Positions 50,232-59,385 of a DNA stretch of 64,000 nt are shown here, piece after piece. The stretch covers positions 28,199-92,198 of the forward strand of contig CAZRBB010000001.1 of assembly GCA_964598205.1 (NCBI GenBank). Reading direction: 5' to 3'. A program made the translations under genes and the position numbers. Each line of letters begins with the position of its first letter. The first letter of the stretch is position 1. The DNA comes from an uncultured Candidatus Saccharibacteria bacterium (GTDB lineage Bacteria > Patescibacteriota > Minisyncoccia > CAIUEV01 > JAHKAQ01). The notes beneath the pieces are model-generated. The model had not been told where the DNA came from, searched no databases, and worked only from the letters and a program-made list of their open reading frames with translations.

Positions 50232-51707
50232 ATGCTTAAGTATTTGGTTTTCACCAGTTCCAGATCCTATTTTATTTTTGTTTCCAGTGTTATGGCAATT
50301 TCTGTTAAAAAATATCACCAGCTTTTAAATCTCTCTAAATTTTTAGTAGAAGTTTTGGCTGTTTTTTCCTTAATCCTGCTTATTTTCCAAAGATTAGGAG
50401 ATGATTCACTCTTTAAGCCACCATTCCCTAGCTCCTTTAATAGTTTTCTTTCTTTGGCCATTTTCTTTACTTTGATTCAAGCGCTTATCTTTATCTTTAT
50501 TGGTTTTTACAGAAGGGAACTTTCTTTCCTTAATTTTGAAGATTTAAAGAAAGCAATTCAGTCTCTTCTTTGGGGGAGTGTTCTTTTGCTTTTCTTTTTA
50601 CTTTATCGGGGAGAAGGGGAAAGCGCTTTCCACCTAGCTGCTCTTTATTTTGGCTTAGCCTTTGCGTTGATTAGCTCGGAACGGAGCTTTTTCTACGAAC
50701 TTAACAGACGAAATTATAAGAAAGGACTTTGGGTTAAAAAGGTAGCCATTTATGATGCTTGTCCTACCGGCCGACTTCTTTTAAAAAAACTTTTTGCTTC
50801 GCCTCAGTTAGGTTATTTACCAGTAGGCTTTATAGACAACAGAAGGAAGAAAGGCGTTCTAGTAAAAACGAACTCCGAAGAGACTAAAGCAGCGGTGCCT
50901 GTTCTAGGCAATATGGCTAACTTTGGGAGAATTATTAGGAAAAATCAAATAGAAGAATTGTTTATTGCCACGCCGGCCCTAAAAGGAGGAGATATTCAAC
51001 GCCTTGCTTTAAGCTGTAAAAGAGCCGGTATTGATTACCGTTTTGTTCCAAATCTCTTAAAAGAACCATTGCATCGGGCTACCTTACAATTCTTTGGGGA
51101 AATTCCTTTTATTAAGGCGGAAGAATTAAGAATCAATCTTTTAACCCTCTTTTTAAAAAGAGTTTTTGATTTAGCTTTTTCTGTTTTAGCGCTATTCTTT
51201 CTTTCTCCTGTTTTTCTTTTAATTTCTTACCTGATTAAAAAAGATTCACCTGGGCCGGTATTCTTTGGGCAAAAACGAGTTGGCAAAGACGGCCGGTTAT
51301 TTACAATGTACAAATTCCGCACCATGAAGGCTGGGGCCAAACATTATGAATATTCTCCTACTAATCATAAAGACCAAAGGATAACTCCTCTGGGTCGTTT
51401 TTTAAGACGAACTAGCTTAGACGAGTTGCCTCAATTTTTTAATTCCTTAAAAGGAGAAATGAGCGTTGTGGGTCCACGACCGGAAATGGAATTTATTGTT
51501 AAAAAATATACTGTTTACCAAAGAGAGCGGTTGCTTATAAAGCCGGGAATCACCGGCGTTTGGCAGGTAACAGCTGATCGTAAAAAACAAATTCACGAAA
51601 ACATGGATTACGATATTTATTACATTAAAAATGCCTCTTTGGTTTTAGACTTCTTGATTATTTTTCGGACTTTTTGGTTTGCAGTGCGGGGAATCGGCGG
51701 AATTTAA
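50232..51707 (+). CDS. Polyprenyl-phosphate hexose-1-phosphate transferase (WbaP/bacterial sugar transferase family), priming glycosyltransferase
   Basis: N-terminal TM helices plus a C-terminal sugar-transferase domain (KRVFDLAFSVLAL...FTMYKFRTM...LDELPQFFNSLKGEMSVVGPRP). Confidence 0.8.
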   Translation: MLKYLVFTSSRSYFIFVSSVMAISVKKYHQLLNLSKFLVEVLAVFSLILLIFQRLGDDSLFKPPFPSSFNSFLSLAIFFTLIQALIFIFIGFYRRELSFLNFEDLKKAIQSLLWGSVLLLFFLLYRGEGESAFHLAALYFGLAFALISSERSFFYELNRRNYKKGLWVKKVAIYDACPTGRLLLKKLFASPQLGYLPVGFIDNRRKKGVLVKTNSEETKAAVPVLGNMANFGRIIRKNQIEELFIATPALKGGDIQRLALSCKRAGIDYRFVPNLLKEPLHRATLQFFGEIPFIKAEELRINLLTLFLKRVFDLAFSVLALFFLSPVFLLISYLIKKDSPGPVFFGQKRVGKDGRLFTMYKFRTMKAGAKHYEYSPTNHKDQRITPLGRFLRRTSLDELPQFFNSLKGEMSVVGPRPEMEFIVKKYTVYQRERLLIKPGITGVWQVTADRKKQIHENMDYDIYYIKNASLVLDFLIIFRTFWFAVRGIGGI

Positions 51708-51716
51708 TTTAAGAAT

Positions 51717-52964
51717 ATGCCACCATTAAAACAATCAGCCATTAAAAAAATGTCAAAGAGAGTTTTATTTTTAATAGAAAATCTTTCTTTCCTTCAGGAT
51801 CGGCGAGTTGCCCAAGAAGCTCTAGCCGTTCAGTCTCTGGGCTGGCAAGTTTTTGTGGTTGCTCCTGGAAATAAAGATCAAAAGAAGGAAGAAAATATCA
51901 ACGGTATTTCTGTTTTTCGCTATCCCGCCAAAATTTTTCCTAGTGGTTTTTGGGGCTATTTCCAGGAATATACTTATGCTCTTTATCAAACATTTTTCTT
52001 GGCGTTAAAAATTTATTTTCGTCCTGGCGGTTTTTCGGTAATCCACGCCGCTAATCCCCCCGATCTGTTTTTCTTAATCGGTGCCTTTTTTAAAATCTTC
52101 GGTGTTCGCTTTATTTATGACCAGCACGATTTAGCTCCAGAAATGTTTTTAGCTAAGTTCAATACTTCTCGTACTCATTTGCTTTACTGGGCGACCCGTT
52201 TCGCAGAACGGCTTTCTTATCTTTTAGCCACTACTCACATTGCTACCTGTCAGGTAGGCTTGGATTTTTTTCTAAAAAGTCGCAACTTAAAGAATAAAAA
52301 AAGCCAAATAGTTAGAACTGCCCCCGATCTTTCTCTTTTAAATTCTTTTGGCGCTAACCCCAAACTTCTTAATCGCTTAACTGCCATTAAGAAAGATTTC
52401 CCTTATTTGGGAGTTTACTTAGGAGTAATGGGACATCAAGACGGATTAAGCAAGCTTCTTCGGAGCATTGAAATTTTTGTTAAAAAATCTAAAAGAAAAG
52501 ACATTGGTTTTCTTCTTTTGGGATCGGGCGACGCCCTAAACGATTTAAGAATTACTGTTGGAAAAATGGGACTAGAGAATCGAGTTTTTTTCCTTGGCTG
52601 GATGGAACCCAAAGAAACTGCTGCATGCTTGGAGGTAGCTGATTTTGGCTTAATGCCTGAACCAAAAAATGATTACACCGATTATTCGCTTCATAATAAA
52701 GTATTAGAATACTTAGCTTTTGGATTACCTTTTGTTTCTTACGACTTAAAAGAAGTTCAAAATAATGGCCACGCTGCCGCGCTTTATGCCAAGAATAATA
52801 ACGAAGAAGAGTATGCCGAGCTAATTAATCAAATGTTAAATAATCTAGATTCCCAAAAAAAGGAAGGCCAAAAAAGAAAAGCGGAAATTATGACTGACCA
52901 GTCTTTGAGTTGGGACAATTCAATAAAAACGCTAAAAGAAATTTATTTAAAGTTGGATAAATAA
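51717..52964 (+). CDS. Glycosyltransferase family 4
   Basis: GT-B fold, N-domain LFLIENLSF...VVAPG, C-domain with the EX7E-like region. Confidence 0.7.
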   Translation: MPPLKQSAIKKMSKRVLFLIENLSFLQDRRVAQEALAVQSLGWQVFVVAPGNKDQKKEENINGISVFRYPAKIFPSGFWGYFQEYTYALYQTFFLALKIYFRPGGFSVIHAANPPDLFFLIGAFFKIFGVRFIYDQHDLAPEMFLAKFNTSRTHLLYWATRFAERLSYLLATTHIATCQVGLDFFLKSRNLKNKKSQIVRTAPDLSLLNSFGANPKLLNRLTAIKKDFPYLGVYLGVMGHQDGLSKLLRSIEIFVKKSKRKDIGFLLLGSGDALNDLRITVGKMGLENRVFFLGWMEPKETAACLEVADFGLMPEPKNDYTDYSLHNKVLEYLAFGLPFVSYDLKEVQNNGHAAALYAKNNNEEEYAELINQMLNNLDSQKKEGQKRKAEIMTDQSLSWDNSIKTLKEIYLKLDK

Positions 52965-53011
52965 TTTTGTTGTGCTATAAAGCTTGGTTATTTTTCTTCT
53001 TAATTTAAAAC

Positions 53012-54244
53012 ATGAAAGATCCCAAAAAAATTCTTTTTATCACCAGCGCCTATTATGCTCCTTCTTATCGACGACTTTGGAAAAAAGCTGTTTCCTTAAA
53101 AAACGATGGCTATAAGGTGGCAGTAATTTGTCCCGCCGGAAAAAAGGGATTAAAAGAAACCAAGGAGCAGGGGATAAAAATTTATGGATTTAATAAAAAA
53201 ACAAAAAGAAATAGCGTTCTTGGTATTTTTTTAGGGGAGATTAGAGATTTGCTCTCTATGACTTCTTTGGTTCTTAGTGCCTATTCCAAAAGAGAGTTTG
53301 CAACTATTCACTTGGTTAATCCTTCGGATGTGGCAGTTTTTGCAGTGCTCTGGTTTAAGCTCTTAGGGTACCGTTTTGTTTACGAATCAAATGGTTCATT
53401 TTCTTCTCAAATTTATCGGGAAGAAAAACTTTCCCAATCAAGCGGTAAGTGGTTTCTGAATCTATTTTTAAAAAGTTCGCAAAAACTAGCTTTGTTTTTT
53501 TCTGACTGGGTGATTGTTCCTGACTGGCAAGAAAAGAAAAGACTCGTTGCCCTAGGGAAAAACAAAAGGCGCATCATCACTATCGAACCATTACCCGATC
53601 TAAAAGAATTTTACGACTTGTTGCCCCATCATCGTTACAAAATGGGTTTTTCTAAGGTAGCAATTTATGCTGGCGGTCTTAAGTTTTCTTCTGGTATTCT
53701 AAAACTACTTGTCGCCGTTGATTTTATTGTGAATCGTCTTTTAAGGAAAGATATTTTGTTTATTTTAGCTGGAGAAGGAAAAGATGAAGAACGATTAAAA
53801 AAGATTGTTCAAGAAAGGGGATTGGAAGGAAATGTTTTTTTCACTGGTTGGCTAAAACAAAAAAAATTATTAAATTACTTAGCCGCAGCAGATTTAGGAA
53901 TTATTCCCGAAGAAAATAATCTGGAAGGAAAGTTTCGGGATTCTGCTTTTGAATATTTAGCCGTAGGTAAGCCAATTGTTGCTTTTGATTTCCCTGGTGG
54001 AGAAGAAAAAATCGGTAAAGCTGGATCTTTTGTAAAAGATGGCAAAGAAATTTCCCTAGCTCGGGAAATTATTCGCTTAATAGATAACGAAGAACGAATC
54101 AAGGCCATGGGCTCGGTTGGGAGGCTTAAAGTTTCCCGTAATTTTAATTGGCTAAAATCAGAAATAGAATTGCTAGCTTTTTATGACCGTCTTTTTCCAA
54201 ACGACTCCTTCTTTAAAATTAGCAAAAAAGCACTCAAAATATAA
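53012..54244 (+). CDS. Glycosyltransferase family 4
   Basis: GT-B fold; ILFITSAYY...VAVICP N-domain and C-terminal donor-binding domain. Confidence 0.7.
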   Translation: MKDPKKILFITSAYYAPSYRRLWKKAVSLKNDGYKVAVICPAGKKGLKETKEQGIKIYGFNKKTKRNSVLGIFLGEIRDLLSMTSLVLSAYSKREFATIHLVNPSDVAVFAVLWFKLLGYRFVYESNGSFSSQIYREEKLSQSSGKWFLNLFLKSSQKLALFFSDWVIVPDWQEKKRLVALGKNKRRIITIEPLPDLKEFYDLLPHHRYKMGFSKVAIYAGGLKFSSGILKLLVAVDFIVNRLLRKDILFILAGEGKDEERLKKIVQERGLEGNVFFTGWLKQKKLLNYLAAADLGIIPEENNLEGKFRDSAFEYLAVGKPIVAFDFPGGEEKIGKAGSFVKDGKEISLAREIIRLIDNEERIKAMGSVGRLKVSRNFNWLKSEIELLAFYDRLFPNDSFFKISKKALKI

Positions 54245-54329
54245 GCTAAATACTACAAGTAGTTATTTTAAGTTTCCTTTTCCATGTCATGGTGTTAAAA
54301 TAAAAAATATAAAAATAAAAAATATTCTA

Positions 54330-55700
54330 ATGCGCTTTAAGGTCACTATTATTTTGTTTTCTTTTATCGTCCCCCTCTTCTTTTTGGGTGTGTTCGGCTT
54401 TTTCCCTTCTTCGGCTTTTTCTGCTTCTGATGCCTCAGAAGAAAAAGACGATCAGGAGCTTTATTTGGATTACCAAGGCTATTTAAGGTATCAAAAATAT
54501 AAAGACTATAAAGAAGCCAAAGAGAAATACGGATTCAAAACCACGCAAATCAAGAATGACTACAAAAACAAATACAGTCTGTATAAAGCCAATCCCAAAA
54601 AATACGCCAGCTATTACGACGCTTATAAACGCTATAAAAATTACAAGAACAAGTACAGCGAAAAATATGCTGGCTATGATCAATATAAAAAATATTACGA
54701 CAAGGGCTGGAAGTACCAAAAATACGGCAAGAAAAAATATAAAGATGGCTATAACCGATACCAATTAGCATTAAAGAACAAAACAACAGGAGGAACTATC
54801 GCCTCCGGCTCTACTGGACCAGAAATCACTGTCGGAATTTTAAAGTACGAAAAAAATTATTCCAAAGATCACGCTTTCCGTTTTCGGGCGAACAAAGACT
54901 ATGCGGTTAAGGATTCTGCCGGGAATTCAATTGCTTTAGTTTCTAGCTCTAAGGAAACCAGCGTTAAATACGTTAGCAGTAGTAAGCTAAGAGTTTATGG
55001 GGAAGGTTTTGATACAGAAGTTAACGAGCAAGTTGATTTCGTTGCCTTAGACGGCAATAACGACGATTTAATTTTCAATGTTGACCCCAATCCTAAGTAC
55101 AGTTTTGACGATTATCGAGGGAAAATAAGAGTGCGCTATTCTAATGATTCAAGCCAGGTGTGGGTTATTAATATGCTCCCCTTGGAACAGTACGCTTGGG
55201 GAATGGGAGAGATTACTGGCACTGGTGCCATGGAATATAACAAGGTAATGTCTTTAACTTTCCGCACCTATGGTTATTGGAAAATAAAATATAGTACGCG
55301 TTATACCGAAGAAGGCTTTAAGGTAGATGCTACCGCTAACAGTCAAATTTATTACGGTTACGACTGGGAGTTAGATCATCCTCGTATTAAAGAAGCTGTC
55401 CAAGCCACTCGCGGTCAGATAGTAAAATACAAAGACCGAATTGCGATTACTCCCTACTCATCTTCTACCGACGGTCGCACTCGTTCTTGGAAAGAAAGAT
55501 GGGGAAGTGACAACTATCCTTGGTGTGTATCGGTAGAAGATCCTTATGGTAAGGTAGACGGTGCCGGCTCTATTGAAGGCAATCATATGGTTGGTCTTTC
55601 GGCTCGCGGTGCCTTAAAACTGGCAGACGACCACGGCTGGGGTTACGAAAAAATCTTAAAGTATTACTATACTGGAATTGATTTAGAAACTGTCTATTAA
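54330..55700 (+). CDS. Secreted SpoIID/LytB-domain protein with a Tyr/Lys-rich low-complexity region
   Basis: Signal peptide, about 110 aa of YK-rich repeats (KYxxYKxYKNKY...), then SpoIID/LytB blocks (NMLPLEQYAWGMGEI...ITPYSSSTDGRTRSWKERWGSDNYPWCVSVEDPYG). Start moved to Met 54330. Confidence 0.6.
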   Translation: MRFKVTIILFSFIVPLFFLGVFGFFPSSAFSASDASEEKDDQELYLDYQGYLRYQKYKDYKEAKEKYGFKTTQIKNDYKNKYSLYKANPKKYASYYDAYKRYKNYKNKYSEKYAGYDQYKKYYDKGWKYQKYGKKKYKDGYNRYQLALKNKTTGGTIASGSTGPEITVGILKYEKNYSKDHAFRFRANKDYAVKDSAGNSIALVSSSKETSVKYVSSSKLRVYGEGFDTEVNEQVDFVALDGNNDDLIFNVDPNPKYSFDDYRGKIRVRYSNDSSQVWVINMLPLEQYAWGMGEITGTGAMEYNKVMSLTFRTYGYWKIKYSTRYTEEGFKVDATANSQIYYGYDWELDHPRIKEAVQATRGQIVKYKDRIAITPYSSSTDGRTRSWKERWGSDNYPWCVSVEDPYGKVDGAGSIEGNHMVGLSARGALKLADDHGWGYEKILKYYYTGIDLETVY

Positions 55701-55710
55701 TCTAAACGCA

Positions 55711-56232
55711 ATGAGCTTTAAAAAAGTATTTTTAGCGGTTGTGGTTTTAACTGTATTAGCTTACGGAGGCTATGTTTATAAAGACCGTTTTTGGGAAACC
55801 CAAAAAACTCAAACCAAGGAAGAAACAAGGCCTGAGTTTAACAAATCGTCAAAAGATCCTTCTTCCTTAGACCAAGCTCCAACCAATCCGGATAATTCTG
55901 GCGATCTTCCAAAAGAAACAACTCCCGAAGAAACCGAAACCCAAACAGAAGCTGTCTTAGAAGACTATTTAAAAGACTGCGATAATAAATGTGAGTCATT
56001 TTTTGGTGCCCAACTAGATCGCTGTTTAGAAATTTGTCGAATAAAAGGATCTTCTCCAGAAGAAGACGGATCCATTGAGTCTTGCGAATCAAAAACAGGA
56101 GAAGAAAAAGATTTTTGTTTAAAGAATCAAGCAGTCAAGGAAAAAAAAGAGTCTCTTTGTAAAGAAATAAGCAATCAAGCTGTTAGGGAAGCTTGCTTTA
56201 ACGCTGTTGCCGAAACAATTCTTGACCGATGA
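55711..56232 (+). CDS. Small secreted Cys-rich hypothetical protein
   Basis: Signal peptide, acidic region, 10 Cys in CxxxC-like spacing. Confidence 0.4.
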   Translation: MSFKKVFLAVVVLTVLAYGGYVYKDRFWETQKTQTKEETRPEFNKSSKDPSSLDQAPTNPDNSGDLPKETTPEETETQTEAVLEDYLKDCDNKCESFFGAQLDRCLEICRIKGSSPEEDGSIESCESKTGEEKDFCLKNQAVKEKKESLCKEISNQAVREACFNAVAETILDR

Positions 56233-56840
56233 TTAAAAGCAATATTTTCCCAGATCTGCCGTTTTCACAAGCAAAAGTTGGCCCAAAGATGGCTGTTTCC
56301 GGAGAGCATTCGGTTTATCGTTATGGTGACAAAGAAGTGATTAAGTTTCCTGCTGGGCCAATCCATTATGCTAATAATGAAGAGGCTTATCGCAAAATTT
56401 TGAATGAATTTCAATTAGCTAAAAGGTATTTAGGAGAATTTATTGCTCCGGCTAGCATTTTCACTTACAAAAAGAACAACAAAAAAGCTTACTGTATTAT
56501 TCAAAAGTTTATTAAGGGGACTCCTTTAAAAATAGAAGATCTTCAAAATAAAGATTTAAAGGAGAAGCTGGAAGAGTTGATTAAGGCTAATCGAGAGATG
56601 CGCATTAACACCGGATATTCTTTTGAGTTTTTTGGTATTAGGGGACTTTTTTTCCACCGATTTTTAAAAAAAATGGAAAATGTTTTAGTGGATGAATCGG
56701 GAAATTTAAAAATAATTGATTTTGGAATGATTTCCGAAATTAACATGGTTTCTAGTTCTCCAGTTTTGCGGTCTTTTATTCAATGGGCCCTAAAAAGACA
56801 GAGCAAAATTCTAAAAGAGAGCTATCTTGCCATAGAATAG
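56229..56840 (+). CDS. Protein-kinase-like fold protein, possibly a pseudokinase
   Basis: VIKFP (VAIK-like), HRFLKKMEN in place of the HRDLKxxN catalytic loop (Asp replaced by Phe), and a DFG motif (IIDFGM). Confidence 0.4.
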   Translation: MIKSNIFPDLPFSQAKVGPKMAVSGEHSVYRYGDKEVIKFPAGPIHYANNEEAYRKILNEFQLAKRYLGEFIAPASIFTYKKNNKKAYCIIQKFIKGTPLKIEDLQNKDLKEKLEELIKANREMRINTGYSFEFFGIRGLFFHRFLKKMENVLVDESGNLKIIDFGMISEINMVSSSPVLRSFIQWALKRQSKILKESYLAIE

Positions 56841-56866
56841 GGCAAATGGTATGCTGATGGAAAATT

Positions 56867-56896
56867 AAGTGCATTAAAAATAAAAATAAAAATAAA
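56867..56896. repeat. Hexanucleotide microsatellite (AAAAAT)x5
   Basis: Seen directly, immediately upstream of the start codon at 56904. Confidence 0.8.
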
Positions 56897-56903
56897 AATA
56901 AAA

Positions 56904-57260
56904 ATGAAGTCAAAAACAAAGCCAAGAGAAGAATTTAGCGGACATGCCCAAAGAGGAAAAGAATGGTCAGATGTAATCAAGGATTGGATTTTTGACCACC
57001 TAAAGGCGTTTACTTCATTGTTGGTGGCAGAAACCGGAAAAGAAATTAAGAATCGTCTTCGCGATTTCCTCTCCATGGTCAATAAGGCATTTATTTCTTC
57101 ACTGATGGTTTTTTTGGGGGTGGTTTTTTTAATGGTCGGAATGGCTCTTATTCTAAATGAATTATTCAATATTTCGGGTGGCCTAGGCTTTATCTTGGTG
57201 GGTATTTTATCTGTTTTTTTAGGGGTGGTGGTTCGAGAAGAATTAAAGCAACAAAAATAA
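56904..57260 (+). CDS. Small membrane protein (holin-like topology)
   Basis: 118 aa, amphipathic N-terminus then two TM helices. Confidence 0.4.
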   Translation: MKSKTKPREEFSGHAQRGKEWSDVIKDWIFDHLKAFTSLLVAETGKEIKNRLRDFLSMVNKAFISSLMVFLGVVFLMVGMALILNELFNISGGLGFILVGILSVFLGVVVREELKQQK

Positions 57261-57282
57261 TTTAAATAATTTAAATAAAAAA

Positions 57283-57555
57283 ATGGATTTTAAAAAAAAG
57301 GACATTGAAAAAAAAGCCAAAGAAATCAAAGACAAAGCCAAAGAAGTGACAGAAGGAATTCAAGAAAGAGCAGTGGAATTAAAAAAGGAAGCTAAGAAGA
57401 ATATTGAAAAAGCCAAGAAAGATTTCCAAATTGCAGAAAAAAAGGTTAAGGATTACATGGAGAAGAATCCAGCCAAAGCAGCAGCTATTGCCGCTGGAAT
57501 TGGGGCAGTGATTGGTGCCGGATTAGCAGCCATGATTGGAAGAAAAAGAAAATAA
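57283..57555 (+). CDS. DUF883/YqjD-like C-tail-anchored membrane protein
   Basis: 90 aa with a Lys/Glu-rich helical N-terminus and a C-terminal Gly/Ala-rich TM anchor (AAIAAGIGAVIGAGLAAMIG). Confidence 0.45.
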   Translation: MDFKKKDIEKKAKEIKDKAKEVTEGIQERAVELKKEAKKNIEKAKKDFQIAEKKVKDYMEKNPAKAAAIAAGIGAVIGAGLAAMIGRKRK

Positions 57556-57572
57556 TAAAAATCTTTTCTACT

Positions 57573-57603
57573 AAAACACCCTCGATTTTTCGGGGGTGTT
57601 TTT
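57573..57603 (+). terminator. Intrinsic terminator
   Basis: ACACCCTCG-ATTTTT-CGGGGGTGT hairpin followed by a T run. Confidence 0.6.
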
Positions 57604-57637
57604 ATTTAAGATAGAAAGACCATGATTGGAGAATAAA

Positions 57638-57781
57638 GCTAAGAGGGCGTGCCTGTTTTGTTGAGGCTTTTTCATTCGAGTGGGCCGGTTTTCCGAAGGA
57701 AAGAGCTCGAATGAAAACTGAGCAAGCGGAGCCGCTGGGCGAAGCGAAGCGTACTCAACAAAACAGGCACGCCCTCTTAGC
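57638..57781. ncRNA. Candidate structured RNA element, copy 2 of 2; unclassified family
   Basis: 28-bp perfect outer inverted repeat with a different sequence from copy 1; an inner 12-bp stem, a short hairpin and the same conserved core AAAACTGAGCAAGCGGAGCCGCTGGGCGAAGCGAAGCGTACTC. Confidence 0.4.
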
Positions 57782-57788
57782 TTCTGGT

Positions 57789-58760
57789 CTAAACAATAAA
57801 ACAGGTTAAATTTGGTTGTCCCCGAAAAAAATCGTTGGCTGGCATTGGCTTTTTCCCTTCTGGCTGAACAATTTCGGTGAGCAGTTGACCATTTCTGGTT
57901 ACCACAAAACTGAAAGGATTATTTTTATTCGGCTTTAGAATTGTTCCTGGTGGTAGGCCATTACTTGGAGTACTGTCTTTTGCGGTTTTGGTCCGGATAA
58001 TATTCAATCGTTTCTTTTCTTTTTTAGAATCCAAAAAGAAAGTGTAAGTTTTGGGCCAAGGATTTAGGGCTCTAATCTGGGCGTCTATTTCGGCGCTGTC
58101 TTTTTGCCAATCAATTAGTCCGTCTTCCTTTTTAATAAGCTTAGTATAGGTCGCCTTTTCTTCCTCTTGTTTTTTAGGTTTTATTTTTCCTTCGCAATAA
58201 GAGAGGATTGTCTCCATTAACATTTTAGCGCCTAATTCTGAAAGTTCGTTGTGCAGTTTTTCAAAGGTAATTTCAGGAGAAAGACTAACTGATTTTTGAT
58301 TCAAAATATCTCCAGCGTCCATTCGAGAATCAAGCTTTATAATAGTGACTCCCGTTTCTTTATCTTGGTTAAAAATAGCGGCTTGAATTGGCGCCGGTCC
58401 TCGGTATTTAGGCAAAAGAGATGGATGAATATTTAAACAGCCCCAACGAGGAATTTTTAAAACCGCTTCTGGCAAGATTATTCCATAACTGGCCACCACA
58501 ATTAAATCTGGTTTTTCTTTTTTAACTTGTTCTAAGGAACAGGCTTCTTTAAAATTCTCTGGCCAAAAAAGCGGAGTCTTAGGGTAATTTTTAAGTACAA
58601 AATTTTTAACTTCCGAACAAGTTAATTTTAAACCTCTTCCACAAAGACAGTCGGGGCAAGTGCAAACAGAAACAGAATAAAGAGGGCTATTTAAAAGTTC
58701 CTTTAAGGTGGGCACCGCAAAAGCGGAAGTGCCCATAAAAATTATTTTTAATTTTGGCAT
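57789..58760 (-). CDS. fmt: Methionyl-tRNA formyltransferase
   Basis: KIIFMGTSAFAVPTL N-terminus and HPSLLPKYRGPAPIQ motif; overlaps the def stop. Confidence 0.9.
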   Translation of the reverse strand: MPKLKIIFMGTSAFAVPTLKELLNSPLYSVSVCTCPDCLCGRGLKLTCSEVKNFVLKNYPKTPLFWPENFKEACSLEQVKKEKPDLIVVASYGIILPEAVLKIPRWGCLNIHPSLLPKYRGPAPIQAAIFNQDKETGVTIIKLDSRMDAGDILNQKSVSLSPEITFEKLHNELSELGAKMLMETILSYCEGKIKPKKQEEEKATYTKLIKKEDGLIDWQKDSAEIDAQIRALNPWPKTYTFFLDSKKEKKRLNIIRTKTAKDSTPSNGLPPGTILKPNKNNPFSFVVTRNGQLLTEIVQPEGKKPMPANDFFRGQPNLTCFIV

Positions 58761-59203
58761 CGGTCGGGGAGTAAAATTCCTTCTAAGTGATCGAATTCGT
58801 GTTGAATGGCGCGGGCCAAAAGACCTTTGGCTTTTAATCTTTGTTTTTTACCGGTTTCGTCTTGGTATTTTATGGTTACTTTTTTGCTTCTTTCCACCTG
58901 CCGAAACATCCCTGGGAAAGAAAGGCAACCTTCTTCCATGGACTCTTTGTCTCGAGACAAATTTTTAATTTCTGGATTAATAAAAACATAAAGCTGATAA
59001 TCAAGCTCAATAATAAAAAGTCGAAAAAAGTAACCCACCTGGGGCGCCGCCAAACCAATGCCATTATTTAAATGCAGGGTCTTGGCCATTTGCTTAACCA
59101 GTGCCTTGGTTTCTGGGCTTTCTGGTCTAAGAATGGGTTGGGATTTGTTCCGCAAAAGCGGGTCGGTCCCTGGAATTATTTTTAAACCTTCAGTATTAAA
59201 CAT
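58748..59203 (-). CDS. def: Peptide deformylase
   Basis: GIGLAAPQVG, EGCLSFPG and QHEFDHLEG metal-binding motifs. Confidence 0.9.
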   Translation of the reverse strand: MFNTEGLKIIPGTDPLLRNKSQPILRPESPETKALVKQMAKTLHLNNGIGLAAPQVGYFFRLFIIELDYQLYVFINPEIKNLSRDKESMEEGCLSFPGMFRQVERSKKVTIKYQDETGKKQRLKAKGLLARAIQHEFDHLEGILLPDRCQN

Positions 59204-59385
59204 TTTTTTGATTCAACTTCTCTTGATTATTTAAAAAAATAACAAAAGAAGCAAGTAAATCGGCAAACTACATTGCTTTTTAGGCTAATTTGTGCTGTAA
59301 TCCTTGGTTCAAAGAACATTACCAATTGCCAAAAAATCACAACAACCGCGTACCACAAAGGGTGTAAACATGCAAACAAAGGGAG

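Noticed and set aside
54483-54786. Three overlapping 70-93-aa ORFs within the Tyr/Lys-rich tract
   Set aside because: The translations are homopolymer-like (I/F/V-rich) products of purine-rich repeat DNA. The region is covered by the SpoIID-like CDS.
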